DNA from: a bacterium
Lineage (GTDB): Bacteria; Krumholzibacteriota; Krumholzibacteriia; LZORAL124-64-63
Length of the DNA stretch: 64,000 nucleotides
NCBI GenBank assembly: GCA_016719645.1
Contig: JADJYS010000009.1
Location: forward strand, 108,022 to 172,021
Direction: 5' to 3'
Shown here: positions 9,403 to 18,200 of the stretch, one piece after another
Layout of the letters: each line of letters starts with the position of its first letter
Position numbering within the stretch: position 1 is the stretch's first letter
Notes under the pieces: model-generated
Seen by the model: only the letters and a program-made list of their open reading frames with translations
Told to the model about the DNA's origin: nothing
The model's database searches: none
Program-made: the position numbers and the translations under genes

Positions 9403-9765
9403 CTAGCCGCAGGTCATGGGATGCTCGGAGTCGGCGGCGCCCTCGAGGCAGAAGGCGCGGATGGCTTCGAGCATCTCCGGGGTGATGGCGTCCAGGACCT
9501 TGGTCGTGTCCGACTCGGACACGGTCAGGCCCTTGTGGGTGGTCGCGTAGTCCTCGGCGAAGAACTTCGTCCACTGCTCCTGGATCAGGAACATCGGCGC
9601 GTATTCGCCGGCCGGCGCCTCGGCGCCGTGGCAGCCCTTGCAGACTTCCTTGAACAGCTTCTTGCCGTCGAGCTTCTTGCCGCCGCCCTCGTCGCCGGCC
9701 AGGGCCGACGCGGCGAGCAGCAGCGCCAGGGACACCAGCCCCAGCACGTTCAGGGTCTTGCGCAT
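9403..9765 (-). CDS. small periplasmic monohaem cytochrome c
   Basis: Start ATG 9765 (MRKTLNVLGLVSLALLLAASALAG) has SD AAGGAGA. It carries a single CKGCH motif and is the first gene of the three-gene cytochrome/barrel cluster. Confidence 0.8.
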   Translation of the reverse strand: MRKTLNVLGLVSLALLLAASALAGDEGGGKKLDGKKLFKEVCKGCHGAEAPAGEYAPMFLIQEQWTKFFAEDYATTHKGLTVSESDTTKVLDAITPEMLEAIRAFCLEGAADSEHPMTCG

Positions 9766-9843
9766 GATGGTCTCCTTCGCGCGGTGTCGGGGCGGGAACG
9801 GGTGGCGGTGGGGTGCCCCGCTGATGTGAATATTCCAACACCC

Positions 9844-9873
9844 TAGATAAAAGGGCCACGGTTTCGAAGTCAA
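9844..9873 (-). promoter_or_regulatory. candidate sigma70-type promoter for the cytochrome/barrel operon
   Basis: On the minus strand the sequence reads TTGACT, an 18-nt spacer, then TATCTA. It lies in a low-GC patch about 80 nt upstream of ATG 9765. Promoter consensus for this lineage is unknown. Confidence 0.3.
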
Positions 9874-9908
9874 TAAAATTCGCAATTCATACCATTAACA
9901 TATGATAT

Positions 9909-9984
9909 GGTTCTGGCTTGCCCGGCGGGGGGGGGGGCCAAGCACCTCAAGCATCAGCCCAGGGACAATTTCGAAGCCATAACC
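9909..9984. repeat. 76-bp MITE-like element carrying IS-end-like termini and a G11 tract
   Basis: The termini are GGTTCTGGCT (9909-9918) and AGCCATAACC (9975-9984), inverted with a 9/10 match. The inner part AGGGACAATTTCGAAGCCATAACC (9961-9984) matches the inverted repeat of the IS at 44849-46060: the first 12 nt are identical to IRL and about 18/24 match overall. A G11 run occupies 9927-9937. Confidence 0.45.
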
Positions 9985-10073
9985 AGAGGATGACGGGTTG
10001 GTCGAGATGGACTTATCATGATGCATCAAGCGAATCCGCCCCGCCCGGTCGCTCCCGGTGCAAGGAGTCTCCG

Positions 10074-12452
10074 ATGAGGTCGCCCCTGATGTCGTTGTGC
10101 TGCGCGGTGTTCCTTTCGGTCGCCTCCGCCGTGGCCGCCGGGGCGCCGGCGTGGAGCCAGCTCCGCGCCGTGGCCGCCGATCCCGCGCTGCTGGCCCGCC
10201 TGGGGGCTGCCGCCACCGCCCGCGCCGCCGGGGACGCCCGGCCGGAGGCCGAGCTCTACCGCGAGTCCCGCGATGCCCGCAAGTCGGGCGGCGGCGCCCG
10301 GACGACCGGCACCGGCTCCTGCCTGGTCGTGCTCGTCCAGTGGAGCGACCACCCCGCCGACACGGGAGCCCACCCCGCCGCGGCCTACCAGCAGATGCTG
10401 TTCAGCACCGGCTCCCATCCGACCGGCAGCCTGCACGAGTACTACCTGGAGAACAGCCACGGCCTCTACGGGGTGCAGGGGCAGGTCGCGGGCTGGCACA
10501 CGGCGGCGGCGCCGTACGCGAACATCGACCCGACCAACTACCTCGAGGTGCGCTCGATGATCGCGGCGGTGATGACCCAGCTCGACCCGGTCATCGACTA
10601 CGCGCTCTACGACAACGACGGGCCGGACGGGGTGCCGCACTCGTACGACGACGACGGCCTGGTCGACGCCTTCTTCTTCGTGCACGCCGGCCCGGGCCGC
10701 GAGCAGACCGGCGACGACGACGACATCTGGTCGCACGCCTGGTCGTTCAGCACGCCCCTGGCGACGGCCGACGGCGTGGCGCTGAAGCGCTACACCGTGG
10801 AGCCGGAGGAATCGGCGGACGGCGAGCAGATCACCATGGGCGTGTTCGCCCACGAGTACGGGCACGTGCTGGGGCTGCCCGACCTCTACGACAGCGACTA
10901 CAGCACCAGCGGCGTCGGCGAGTGGTGCCTGATGGGCAGCGGCTCCTGGGGCCGGCGTGCGGGCGACGCGCCCGGGAGCAGCCCCACGCACCTGTCCGCC
11001 TGGTGCAAGGCCCAGCTGGGCTGGGTCGATCCCGTGGCGGTCGTCGCCGCCCTGCCCGGCGCCGTCGTGCCGCCGGCCGAGATCGAACCGGCCGCCTACC
11101 GCGTCTTCCGCGGCGGCGTCGCGACCGGCGACGAGTACTTCCTGGTCGAGAACCGCCAGCCCCTGGGCTTCGACGCCGCGCTCACCCGGCGGCAGGTGGA
11201 CTTCGGCCTGGACGGGGCCGCCGGCCTGGTCGTCTACCACGTCGACGAGGCGGTGACCGACAACGCCGACGAGAAGCGCCGCCTGGTGGACGTGGTCGAG
11301 GCGAGCCCCTGGTTCCGCGCGCCGGGCGACTGGTTCGAGCACCTCGACGGCCCCCGCGACTACGCCCTGCAGCTGCGGCTGGACAGCTACAACCGCGGCG
11401 ACGACGGCGACGCCTGGCCGGGCTGGTCGGCCGTGAACGTCGACACCACGGACTGGGGCGGCCCGCGGGACCGCGACCGCTTCGCCGACGACACGATCCC
11501 GCCGGCGTCGGACAACGCCTGCGACCCGACCGGGGTCGTCCTGGACAACATCGCGCTGGTGGGCCAGGACGTGACGCTCGACTTCTCGCTGGCGGCGAAG
11601 CGGGTGCCCCGGGCCGAGGCCGGCAAATCGCTGTCCTGGAACTTCGAGGCCGGCACCGACGGCTGGCTGTTCTGCCGCAGCTACGTCCACCGCGACGGGG
11701 CCATGGCGGGCTCCTGCTCGGGCGACGGCGGGCTCTGGTTCGGCGTCGACGACCCCGAGTTCGAGTGCGGCCCCGGCTACGGCAACGGGTGGTCCGACTT
11801 CACCTGGACGACGGCGGGCATCGCGCCCGGGGCCGCGATCACGCTGCGGCACCGCTACGACATCGAGCCCGACTACGACTTCGCCTACGTCGAGGGCCGC
11901 TGCGCCGGCGACCCGGACTCGCCGTGGGTGGAGATCGCCGCCCTGACCGGCGCGAGCTCCTGCGTCACCGACACCTGGGAGATCCCGTCGTCGCTGATCG
12001 GCGCCTGCGACAACGCCTATGGCTTCGCGGTGCTGGACCTGCGGCTGCGGCTGGCCACCGACGGCGGCTGGTCCGCCGAGGACGGCAACTTCTGCGGCTT
12101 CGGCTGGTGGGTGGACGAGGTGAGCCTCGACGGCGAGTACGCGACCGCGGCCGGGGAGACGCCGGGCGCCGGGTTGGCCGCGCGCCTGCTGCCGGCCTCG
12201 CCGAACCCGTTCAACCCCGCGACCGTGCTGAAGTACTGCGTGCCGGCCGGCGCCCGCGAGGTCCGCCTGTCCGTCTTCGACCAGCGCGGGCGCCAGGTGC
12301 GCGACCTGGCGCCGGCGACCGCGGCGGGGTGGCACGAGGGCGTCTGGGACGGGCGCGACGATGCGGGGCGCGCGCAGCCCAGCGGCGTCTACTTCGTGAA
12401 GTTCGCGGCGGACGCGGCGGCGTTCGTGGAGAAGCTGGCGCTGCTGAAGTGA
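10074..12452 (+). CDS. secreted M6-family (immune inhibitor A-like) metalloprotease with C-terminal PNPFNP/FlgD-Ig-like sorting domain
   Basis: Start ATG 10074 follows AAGGAG. Signal peptide MRSPLMSLCCAVFLSVASAVAAG. The zinc site HEYGHVLGLPDLYD (HExxHxxGxxD) is characteristic of M6. The last 88 aa are LLPASPNPFNP...WDGRDDAGRAQPSGVYFVKF...KLALLK. Confidence 0.85.
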   Translation: MRSPLMSLCCAVFLSVASAVAAGAPAWSQLRAVAADPALLARLGAAATARAAGDARPEAELYRESRDARKSGGGARTTGTGSCLVVLVQWSDHPADTGAHPAAAYQQMLFSTGSHPTGSLHEYYLENSHGLYGVQGQVAGWHTAAAPYANIDPTNYLEVRSMIAAVMTQLDPVIDYALYDNDGPDGVPHSYDDDGLVDAFFFVHAGPGREQTGDDDDIWSHAWSFSTPLATADGVALKRYTVEPEESADGEQITMGVFAHEYGHVLGLPDLYDSDYSTSGVGEWCLMGSGSWGRRAGDAPGSSPTHLSAWCKAQLGWVDPVAVVAALPGAVVPPAEIEPAAYRVFRGGVATGDEYFLVENRQPLGFDAALTRRQVDFGLDGAAGLVVYHVDEAVTDNADEKRRLVDVVEASPWFRAPGDWFEHLDGPRDYALQLRLDSYNRGDDGDAWPGWSAVNVDTTDWGGPRDRDRFADDTIPPASDNACDPTGVVLDNIALVGQDVTLDFSLAAKRVPRAEAGKSLSWNFEAGTDGWLFCRSYVHRDGAMAGSCSGDGGLWFGVDDPEFECGPGYGNGWSDFTWTTAGIAPGAAITLRHRYDIEPDYDFAYVEGRCAGDPDSPWVEIAALTGASSCVTDTWEIPSSLIGACDNAYGFAVLDLRLRLATDGGWSAEDGNFCGFGWWVDEVSLDGEYATAAGETPGAGLAARLLPASPNPFNPATVLKYCVPAGAREVRLSVFDQRGRQVRDLAPATAAGWHEGVWDGRDDAGRAQPSGVYFVKFAADAAAFVEKLALLK

Positions 12453-12478
12453 CGCCGCAACGGGAAGAGGAACGATCG

Positions 12479-12820
12479 ATGTCCAGGAGCGTGATCTTCA
12501 TCGCCGGCGACGCGCTGGGCCGCGGCGACGACGAACTGGGCGCGGCGCTGCTGCTGTCCGCCCTCAAGAACCTGCCCAAGGCGGCGGGCGACCCGCCGTC
12601 CCACCTGCTGTTCATGAACGCCGGCGTGAAGCTGTGCTGCGAGGGATCGGCGGCCCTGGCCGACCTGCGGTCGCTCCAGGACGCCGGCGTGGAGCTGCTC
12701 TGCTGCGGCACCTGCCTCGACTGGTTCGAACTGAGGGAGAAGCTGGCCGTCGGCCGGGCCTCGAACATGGTCGAGATCCTCGGCGTGCAGAACGCGGCCG
12801 CGCGGGTGATCCGCCTCTAG
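12479..12820 (+). CDS. DsrE-like protein resembling the C-terminal half of selenium-metabolism protein YedF
   Basis: ATG 12479 follows GGGAAGAGG and lies inside the spurious long ORF 10058..12820. The sequence MSRSVIFIAGDALGRGDDELGAALLLSALKNL...LLFMNAGVKLCCEGS...LQDAGVELLCCGTCLDWF...VGRASNMVEIL matches my memory of the YedF/DsrE-like family (GxGDxELG, NxGVKL, CGTCL, NM). Confidence 0.65.
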   Translation: MSRSVIFIAGDALGRGDDELGAALLLSALKNLPKAAGDPPSHLLFMNAGVKLCCEGSAALADLRSLQDAGVELLCCGTCLDWFELREKLAVGRASNMVEILGVQNAAARVIRL

Positions 12821-12833
12821 CGCCCCGCGCGGC

Positions 12834-14321
12834 CTACTCGGGCAGCACGACGATGTCGTGCGTGTCCGTCGACGTGCCGGTTCCGGCGGTGACCCGCGCC
12901 GACACGGTGATCGTCGTGGTGTCGGCGACCGCGGGCGCGGTCCACGCGGACGTCCACGTCGCGAGCCCGCTCGCCGCCTGCCAGCCCGCTCCCGCCTCCA
13001 CCTCGACCAGGGACAGCGGATCGCCGCAGGTGCCGGCGACGGCCGTGCCCGTGATCGCCGTGGCGTCGCCGGACGTCACGGTGTCCGGCGCGGCGATCGT
13101 CACGCCCAGCGCCTCGGGCGGCAGCCACTGGAAGCCGCCGCTCACGGGGTCGGCGGTCACCCAGTCGTTGCGGTACTGGGCCCAGATCGTCTTGGCCGGA
13201 TCGCCCGCGCAGGCGCTGTGGGCGAAGGTCGTCTGCGCGGCGTAGGGCTGCCAGGACGTGACGCCCAGTTCGGGGAGCGACTCGGCGAAGCGCATGTGGG
13301 TCGCGCTGACGTCGGCCGCGAGGGGGACCAGCAGGGCGCTGGTGGCCGCCGCGCCCCCGTTGACCGTCAGCGTCAGGGGCTGCAGGTCGTCGGGCACCGC
13401 GGCGATGCTGTCGACCACCGTGAAGCCGAAGTCGCAGGCGAATTCCCCGTAGATCATCTGCGCGTCGAGCTGATCGCCCAGGAGGTGGTCGGCGTGCGTG
13501 TGGTCGCCGGGCAGCCAGGCCGCCACCTGCAGCGAGGCGCGGTCGGGGGCGAAACGCATCTGGGTCACGCCGGGGCCGATGACCCGCAGCGCCGGGGTGC
13601 GGTCGGCCAGCGTGGCCGGGTTGCCCTCGAGCTTGAGGTCGGGGGCGAAGCGGACCTTGATCGAATCGTGGAACACGGGCGAAGCGATGCCGGCCGTGTA
13701 GACGCGCACGTAGAGGTGCTTCCAGTCGCCGCCGGCGGCGGGTCCGAGGTCCCAGGGCAGGCCGGCCGCGCCCTCTTCATCGAAGACGACGGTGGCGGCG
13801 GTGGCGAAGCTGCGCAGGGAGTCGACGGCGGCGCTGTCGCCCAGCGCGACCTCGATCGTCAGGGCGAGGTGGCGCGTGGCGGTCGTGGTGGTGTCGGCCA
13901 GGACCAGGCGGGGCGGCGCGGCGATGCGGGCGGCCGCCACGCCCGAGATGAGCGTGCTGTTGCCGTACGCGTCGGTGGCGCGGACCTTGTAGTAGTTGGG
14001 CAGGTTCGGCGCGAAATTGCGGTCGAGGTACAGGATCGTCGGGTGCTCGACGGATCCGATGACGTTGTAGGGCCCGTCCTCGTCGCCGGAGCGGAGGATC
14101 TCGTAGCCCATCACGCCGGGCAGGTCGAGGGCGGTCCAGGTGACGGCGACGCCGCCGGTCAGGAAGTTCGCCTCGACGTTGAACGGGTCGCCGTGCGTCC
14201 CGTCGGGATCCAGCGGGTTGTCGAAGCCCGGCGGGTCGGGGACCTGGGTGCAGCCCAGGGCCAGGCCGGCCGCGACCAGCAGGGCGATCAGCGGGAGGCG
14301 CGGGCGCAGGCGGTCGGTCAT
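12834..14321 (-). CDS. lipoprotein with fibronectin-III-like N-terminal domain, otherwise uncharacterised
   Basis: Start ATG 14321 (MTDRLRPRLPLIALLVAAGLALGCTQ) carries a lipobox LGC. The segment VAVTWTALDLPGVMGYEILRSGDEDGPYNVIG...YYKVRATDAYGN is FN3-like. I recognise nothing in the remainder. Confidence 0.65.
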   Translation of the reverse strand: MTDRLRPRLPLIALLVAAGLALGCTQVPDPPGFDNPLDPDGTHGDPFNVEANFLTGGVAVTWTALDLPGVMGYEILRSGDEDGPYNVIGSVEHPTILYLDRNFAPNLPNYYKVRATDAYGNSTLISGVAAARIAAPPRLVLADTTTTATRHLALTIEVALGDSAAVDSLRSFATAATVVFDEEGAAGLPWDLGPAAGGDWKHLYVRVYTAGIASPVFHDSIKVRFAPDLKLEGNPATLADRTPALRVIGPGVTQMRFAPDRASLQVAAWLPGDHTHADHLLGDQLDAQMIYGEFACDFGFTVVDSIAAVPDDLQPLTLTVNGGAAATSALLVPLAADVSATHMRFAESLPELGVTSWQPYAAQTTFAHSACAGDPAKTIWAQYRNDWVTADPVSGGFQWLPPEALGVTIAAPDTVTSGDATAITGTAVAGTCGDPLSLVEVEAGAGWQAASGLATWTSAWTAPAVADTTTITVSARVTAGTGTSTDTHDIVVLPE

Positions 14322-14335
14322 CGTCGGTCCTTTCG

Positions 14336-15061
14336 TCACCACCGCAGGCTCCATCCCACGTGGAAGCCGCTCGCGTCCGCCGGTCCGGCCGCCAACCCCG
14401 GCGGCGGCGCGGGCGCCGGTCCGGCCCCCGCCTCGAGCGACGGGAAGCGCAGCCAGGCGTCGAGCGCGCTGACGACGACGGCCCCGACGGCGACCGCCGC
14501 CGCGGCGTCGCGCAGCTTGCCGGCGTCATCGGCCGCTTTCCAGGCGTCGGCGGCCTGGGCCCGGTAGGCCGCGATGTCGTCCGGCAGCAGCGCGTCGCGG
14601 TAGTTCGCCATGGCGAGATCGTAGTCGTCGCGGTGGTTCTGCACCGCCAGTTCCCCCGCCAGGGCCGTCAGCAGCCCGCCGACCTCGGCGGCGGTGAAGC
14701 CCCAGCCCAGCAGGGGCCGCCCCTCGTAGCGCTGGCCCAGGCCGGCCAGCACCAGGCTGTAGGTCACGGCGTCGCGGCGGCTCATGGGCTGCAGGCGCAG
14801 GTGCCGGCGCACCGTGGCGTCCTCGGCGTCGACCCGCATCTCCATGTCCAGCGGCAGCATGCCCCGCAGCGAGGCCGACAGCGTGTGGGCGCCCGCGGCC
14901 ACTTCCAGCGCGCCCAGCGGCAGCGTGCCGAGATCGCGGCCGTCGAGCCGGACGGCTGCGCCGGGCGTGCCGGTCAGCAGCAGGGTGGCGCCGGCGGCGG
15001 GGCCGGCCAGGGCCAGCGCCAGGGAGGCCGCCGCGAGAACGCGGCCAAGGGCTCGGATCAT
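14336..15061 (-). CDS. PEGA-domain envelope protein with a membrane-embedded GLGQxY segment
   Basis: Start ATG 15061 (MIRALGRVLAAASLALALAGPAAG). A PEGA-like beta sandwich is present (LLLTGTPGAAVRLDGRDLGTLPLGALEVAAGAHTLSAS). It is followed by LVLAGLGQRYEGRPLLGWGF (DUF5683-like). Confidence 0.6.
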   Translation of the reverse strand: MIRALGRVLAAASLALALAGPAAGATLLLTGTPGAAVRLDGRDLGTLPLGALEVAAGAHTLSASLRGMLPLDMEMRVDAEDATVRRHLRLQPMSRRDAVTYSLVLAGLGQRYEGRPLLGWGFTAAEVGGLLTALAGELAVQNHRDDYDLAMANYRDALLPDDIAAYRAQAADAWKAADDAGKLRDAAAAVAVGAVVVSALDAWLRFPSLEAGAGPAPAPPPGLAAGPADASGFHVGWSLRW

Positions 15062-15205
15062 GGGTGACGCTCGCCTTCGGTGATGCACGACGCCTCCGCG
15101 GGATCGGGGAGGGGGGACGTGAACGTCCCGCCGACTCGACGGGTTCCCAGTATAGGGAACGCCCCCGGAGGCGGAAAGGGCTTTGTCCTCCCCCCGGCGG
15201 TGCGC

Positions 15206-18200
15206 CTAGCCCGCGAGCGTCACCTTGATGACCTCGCGGCAGCCCGCGGCCCGCAGCCGGGCGAAGTACACGCCCGAGGGCAGGCGGCGCCCCGCGCCGT
15301 CGCGCCCGTTCCAGACCGCCTCGTGGCGGCCCTCGCCGCGCCGTTCCGCGACGAGCGTGCGCACGATCCGGCCGCGGGCGTCCAGCACGTCCAGGCGCAC
15401 GTCGCCGCCGCCGGCGGGCACGTCGAAGCTGAACGTGGTGCTCGGGTTGAAGGGATTCGGCGCGGCCCCCCGCAGCGCGAAGGCGGCGGGCGGCTCGGCG
15501 CCGGGAGCGCCGGTGAGCGCGTCGGGCGCCGCGGCCGGCCCCTCGTTGCCGGCGCGGTCCACCGCCGCCACCAGGTAGGACCAGGCCCAAGGCTCGGCCG
15601 CGCGGTCGAGCCAGGCCGTCAGCGCGGTCTCGCCCAGGAGGTTCTCCGGGGCGGGCGTGAAGCCCGGCGCCGCGCCGCGGTAGAGGCGGTAGGCGACGAC
15701 GTCACCGCCCGCCGGCGCGCCCCAGGCCAGCAGGTTGCCGCCGGCGGTGTAGGCGACCGTGAAGACGCCGGGCGCCGCGGGCGCGAGGTTGTCGGCGGAG
15801 CAGCCGCTGTCCGGCGGCGCGTCGAAGACGACGCCGGGTACGTCCGCGCGGGCGCGCACGAAGAACGTCGCGCGGCGCGGCGCGGCGGCCGTCGAGTCGT
15901 AAAGCGTGGGCACGACCACGCTGTACAGGTCCTCGCGGTCGGCCGGGACGGTGACGAGGTAGTCCCACTCGCCCGGCGGCCAGGCGCGATCGGCCGCTCC
16001 CAGAGGGTCCCGCGCGGCGGCCGCCGCGGCGCCGTCCTCGACGCGGCGGTAGACGGAGTAGCTCGCGATCGGCGGGTTGCCGCCCTCGCGGTCGTACGAG
16101 CTGCGCGCCCAGCGCAGGCGCACCTGGCCGCCCTGGTCGCCGGGGACGTCCGCGACCGCGTCGATCACCGGCACGTCGCGCAGGACCTCGAACGTCAGGG
16201 CGTCGCAGACGGGACCCGTCGCCGAGAAATCGTGGGCCAGCACGGCCCGCCAGGTCGGGGCCTGCCCGGCGCCGCTCAGGAGCGACCAGGCCGGCGCGTT
16301 GGGGATCGGCTGCAGGTCCGCGCCGCCGTCCGCGTCGGCGAACCACGCGATGGCGCCGGTCTGTGCGGCGGTCAGGCGCGCTTCCAGGATGGTGCCGGCG
16401 GCGGTCGCGGAGAAGCCGCCCTGGCCGATGTTGCGCACGGGGTCGAGATGGCGCTGGGCGTACCGGACGAGATCGATGTGGCCGGCCGCGGAGCTCTTGA
16501 CCAGGACATCGTCGCCGCAGAACCCGACGGCGTAAAGTTCGTCCAACGGCAGCAGACGGACATTCGCGAACCCGCCCGACGGTCCGAAGTCCGCGATCCG
16601 CAGACCCTCCTGCGCCGCGAAGGCGACCTGGCGCCCGTCGACCGCGATCTGGCGCGGCCGCGTCACGTCCAGGGCGTCGATCTCGACGATCGCCGCGGGG
16701 TCGCTCACGTCCAGCATGCGCACGTCGTCGCCGTAGTACTCGGTGGTGAAGGCGTACCTGCCCGCCATCGCGACGTCGATGACGTTGCCCGCGCCGTAGT
16801 GCGAGCCCAGGACGACCGGGACCAGCGGGTCGCTCACGTCCACGACGATCAGGCCGCCGTGCTGGGCGGCGACGCAGAGCCGGTCCCCCTCGACGGCGAC
16901 GGCGTGGGAGGAGCCCGGCAGCGTCAGGATCGCGGCCTCCAGGGGCGCGGCCGGATCGGTCAGGTCGACGACCACCAGCCCCGCCATGCCGGCGGCGACG
17001 TAGGCGTACCGACCGTCGACGGCGACGTCCTCGCCGTTCTCGTGCAGGACCAGCACGCCGACCAGAGCCGGCGCCGCGGGATCGCCCGCGTCCACGACCG
17101 CCAGTTCGGATCCCGCGACGGCGACCAGCCGGGAGCCGTCGCCGTCGAGCGCGCCGCAGCCGACCGCCAGCGACCCGATCAGCTGCGGCGACTGGGGATC
17201 GCCCAGGTCGAAGACCTTCAGGCCGCTGTACGAGGCGACGTAGACGAGCGGCCCGTCCGTCAGGAAGTCGGACACCTCGTAAGGCGTCGCGGGCGTCGCG
17301 GCCACCAGGGCGGGCTCGACGCCGAGATGACGGTGGCGCATCACCTGCAGCCCGGCGGTGGCGTCGGCCGCCAGGGTGAACTCGGACATGACGGCCACGC
17401 CGCTGGCCAGGCCGGGCGTGTCGCGCACGTGCACCGGCGCGATGGCGGCGGGGTCGGCGACGTCCAGGACCAGGACCCCGTTCCCGGAATCGGCCACGTG
17501 CAGGAAGGGCCCGTCCAGGGCGAGGCCGCGGGCCTGGCCCGCCGTGTCGTAGCTGCCCAGGAACGTCGGCGTCGCGGGAGCGGACGCGTCCAGGACGAGC
17601 ACGCCGTAGCCGTAGTCCGCGAGGTAGGCCCGGCCGCCGGCCACCAGGACGTCGTAGCAGGTGCCGGAGGTGTCGTACAACCCGGCCAGCACCGGGGCGG
17701 CGGGATCGGCGGCGTCGATCACCCGCAGGCCCGCCGAGCCGTCGGCGACGAAGACCCAGCGGCCGCTGAACACCGCGTTGAAGGCGGTGCCGGGCGTGTT
17801 GAGCGTGGCCAGGGGGAGCGGGTTCGCCGGGTCGGTCACGTCCAGGAACTGCACCCCGAGCGCGCCGATCGCCAGGACGGCGACGTTCCCCTGCACGTCG
17901 ATCGAGTAGGCGAAGGCCGCCGTGGCGAACGAGCCGGCGCCGACCGGCGCGGCGGGATCGCTGACGTCCACGCACTGGTAGCCGCCGCTGCCGTCGGCGA
18001 GCAGGGCGAAGGGCTGGTGGAGCGAGACGTCGAGGCAGAGGCCCGGTGTGTCGATGGCACCGACGTTCGCCGGGGACTGCGGATCGGCGAGGGACAGGAT
18101 CTGCAGACCCGAGGCGCCGTCCGCGACGAAGGCGAGGCCGCCCGCCGCGGCGACGGCGGCGGCGCTGCCGGGCGTGTCGAAGGCGCCGACGATCTCCATC

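Noticed and set aside
6357-9485. Long plus-strand ORFs opposite real genes. Examples are 6357..9485, 15080..18478, 46177..49731 and 50104..53781. Off-frame ORFs such as 2802..5300, 10058..12820 and 46517..49582 belong to the same class.
   Set aside because: Each overlaps a gene with clear family signatures on the other strand or in another frame. The products are Arg/Ala/Gly/Pro-dominated. No SD or signal features are present. The only real coding within them is the embedded yedF-like ORF at 12479-12820.
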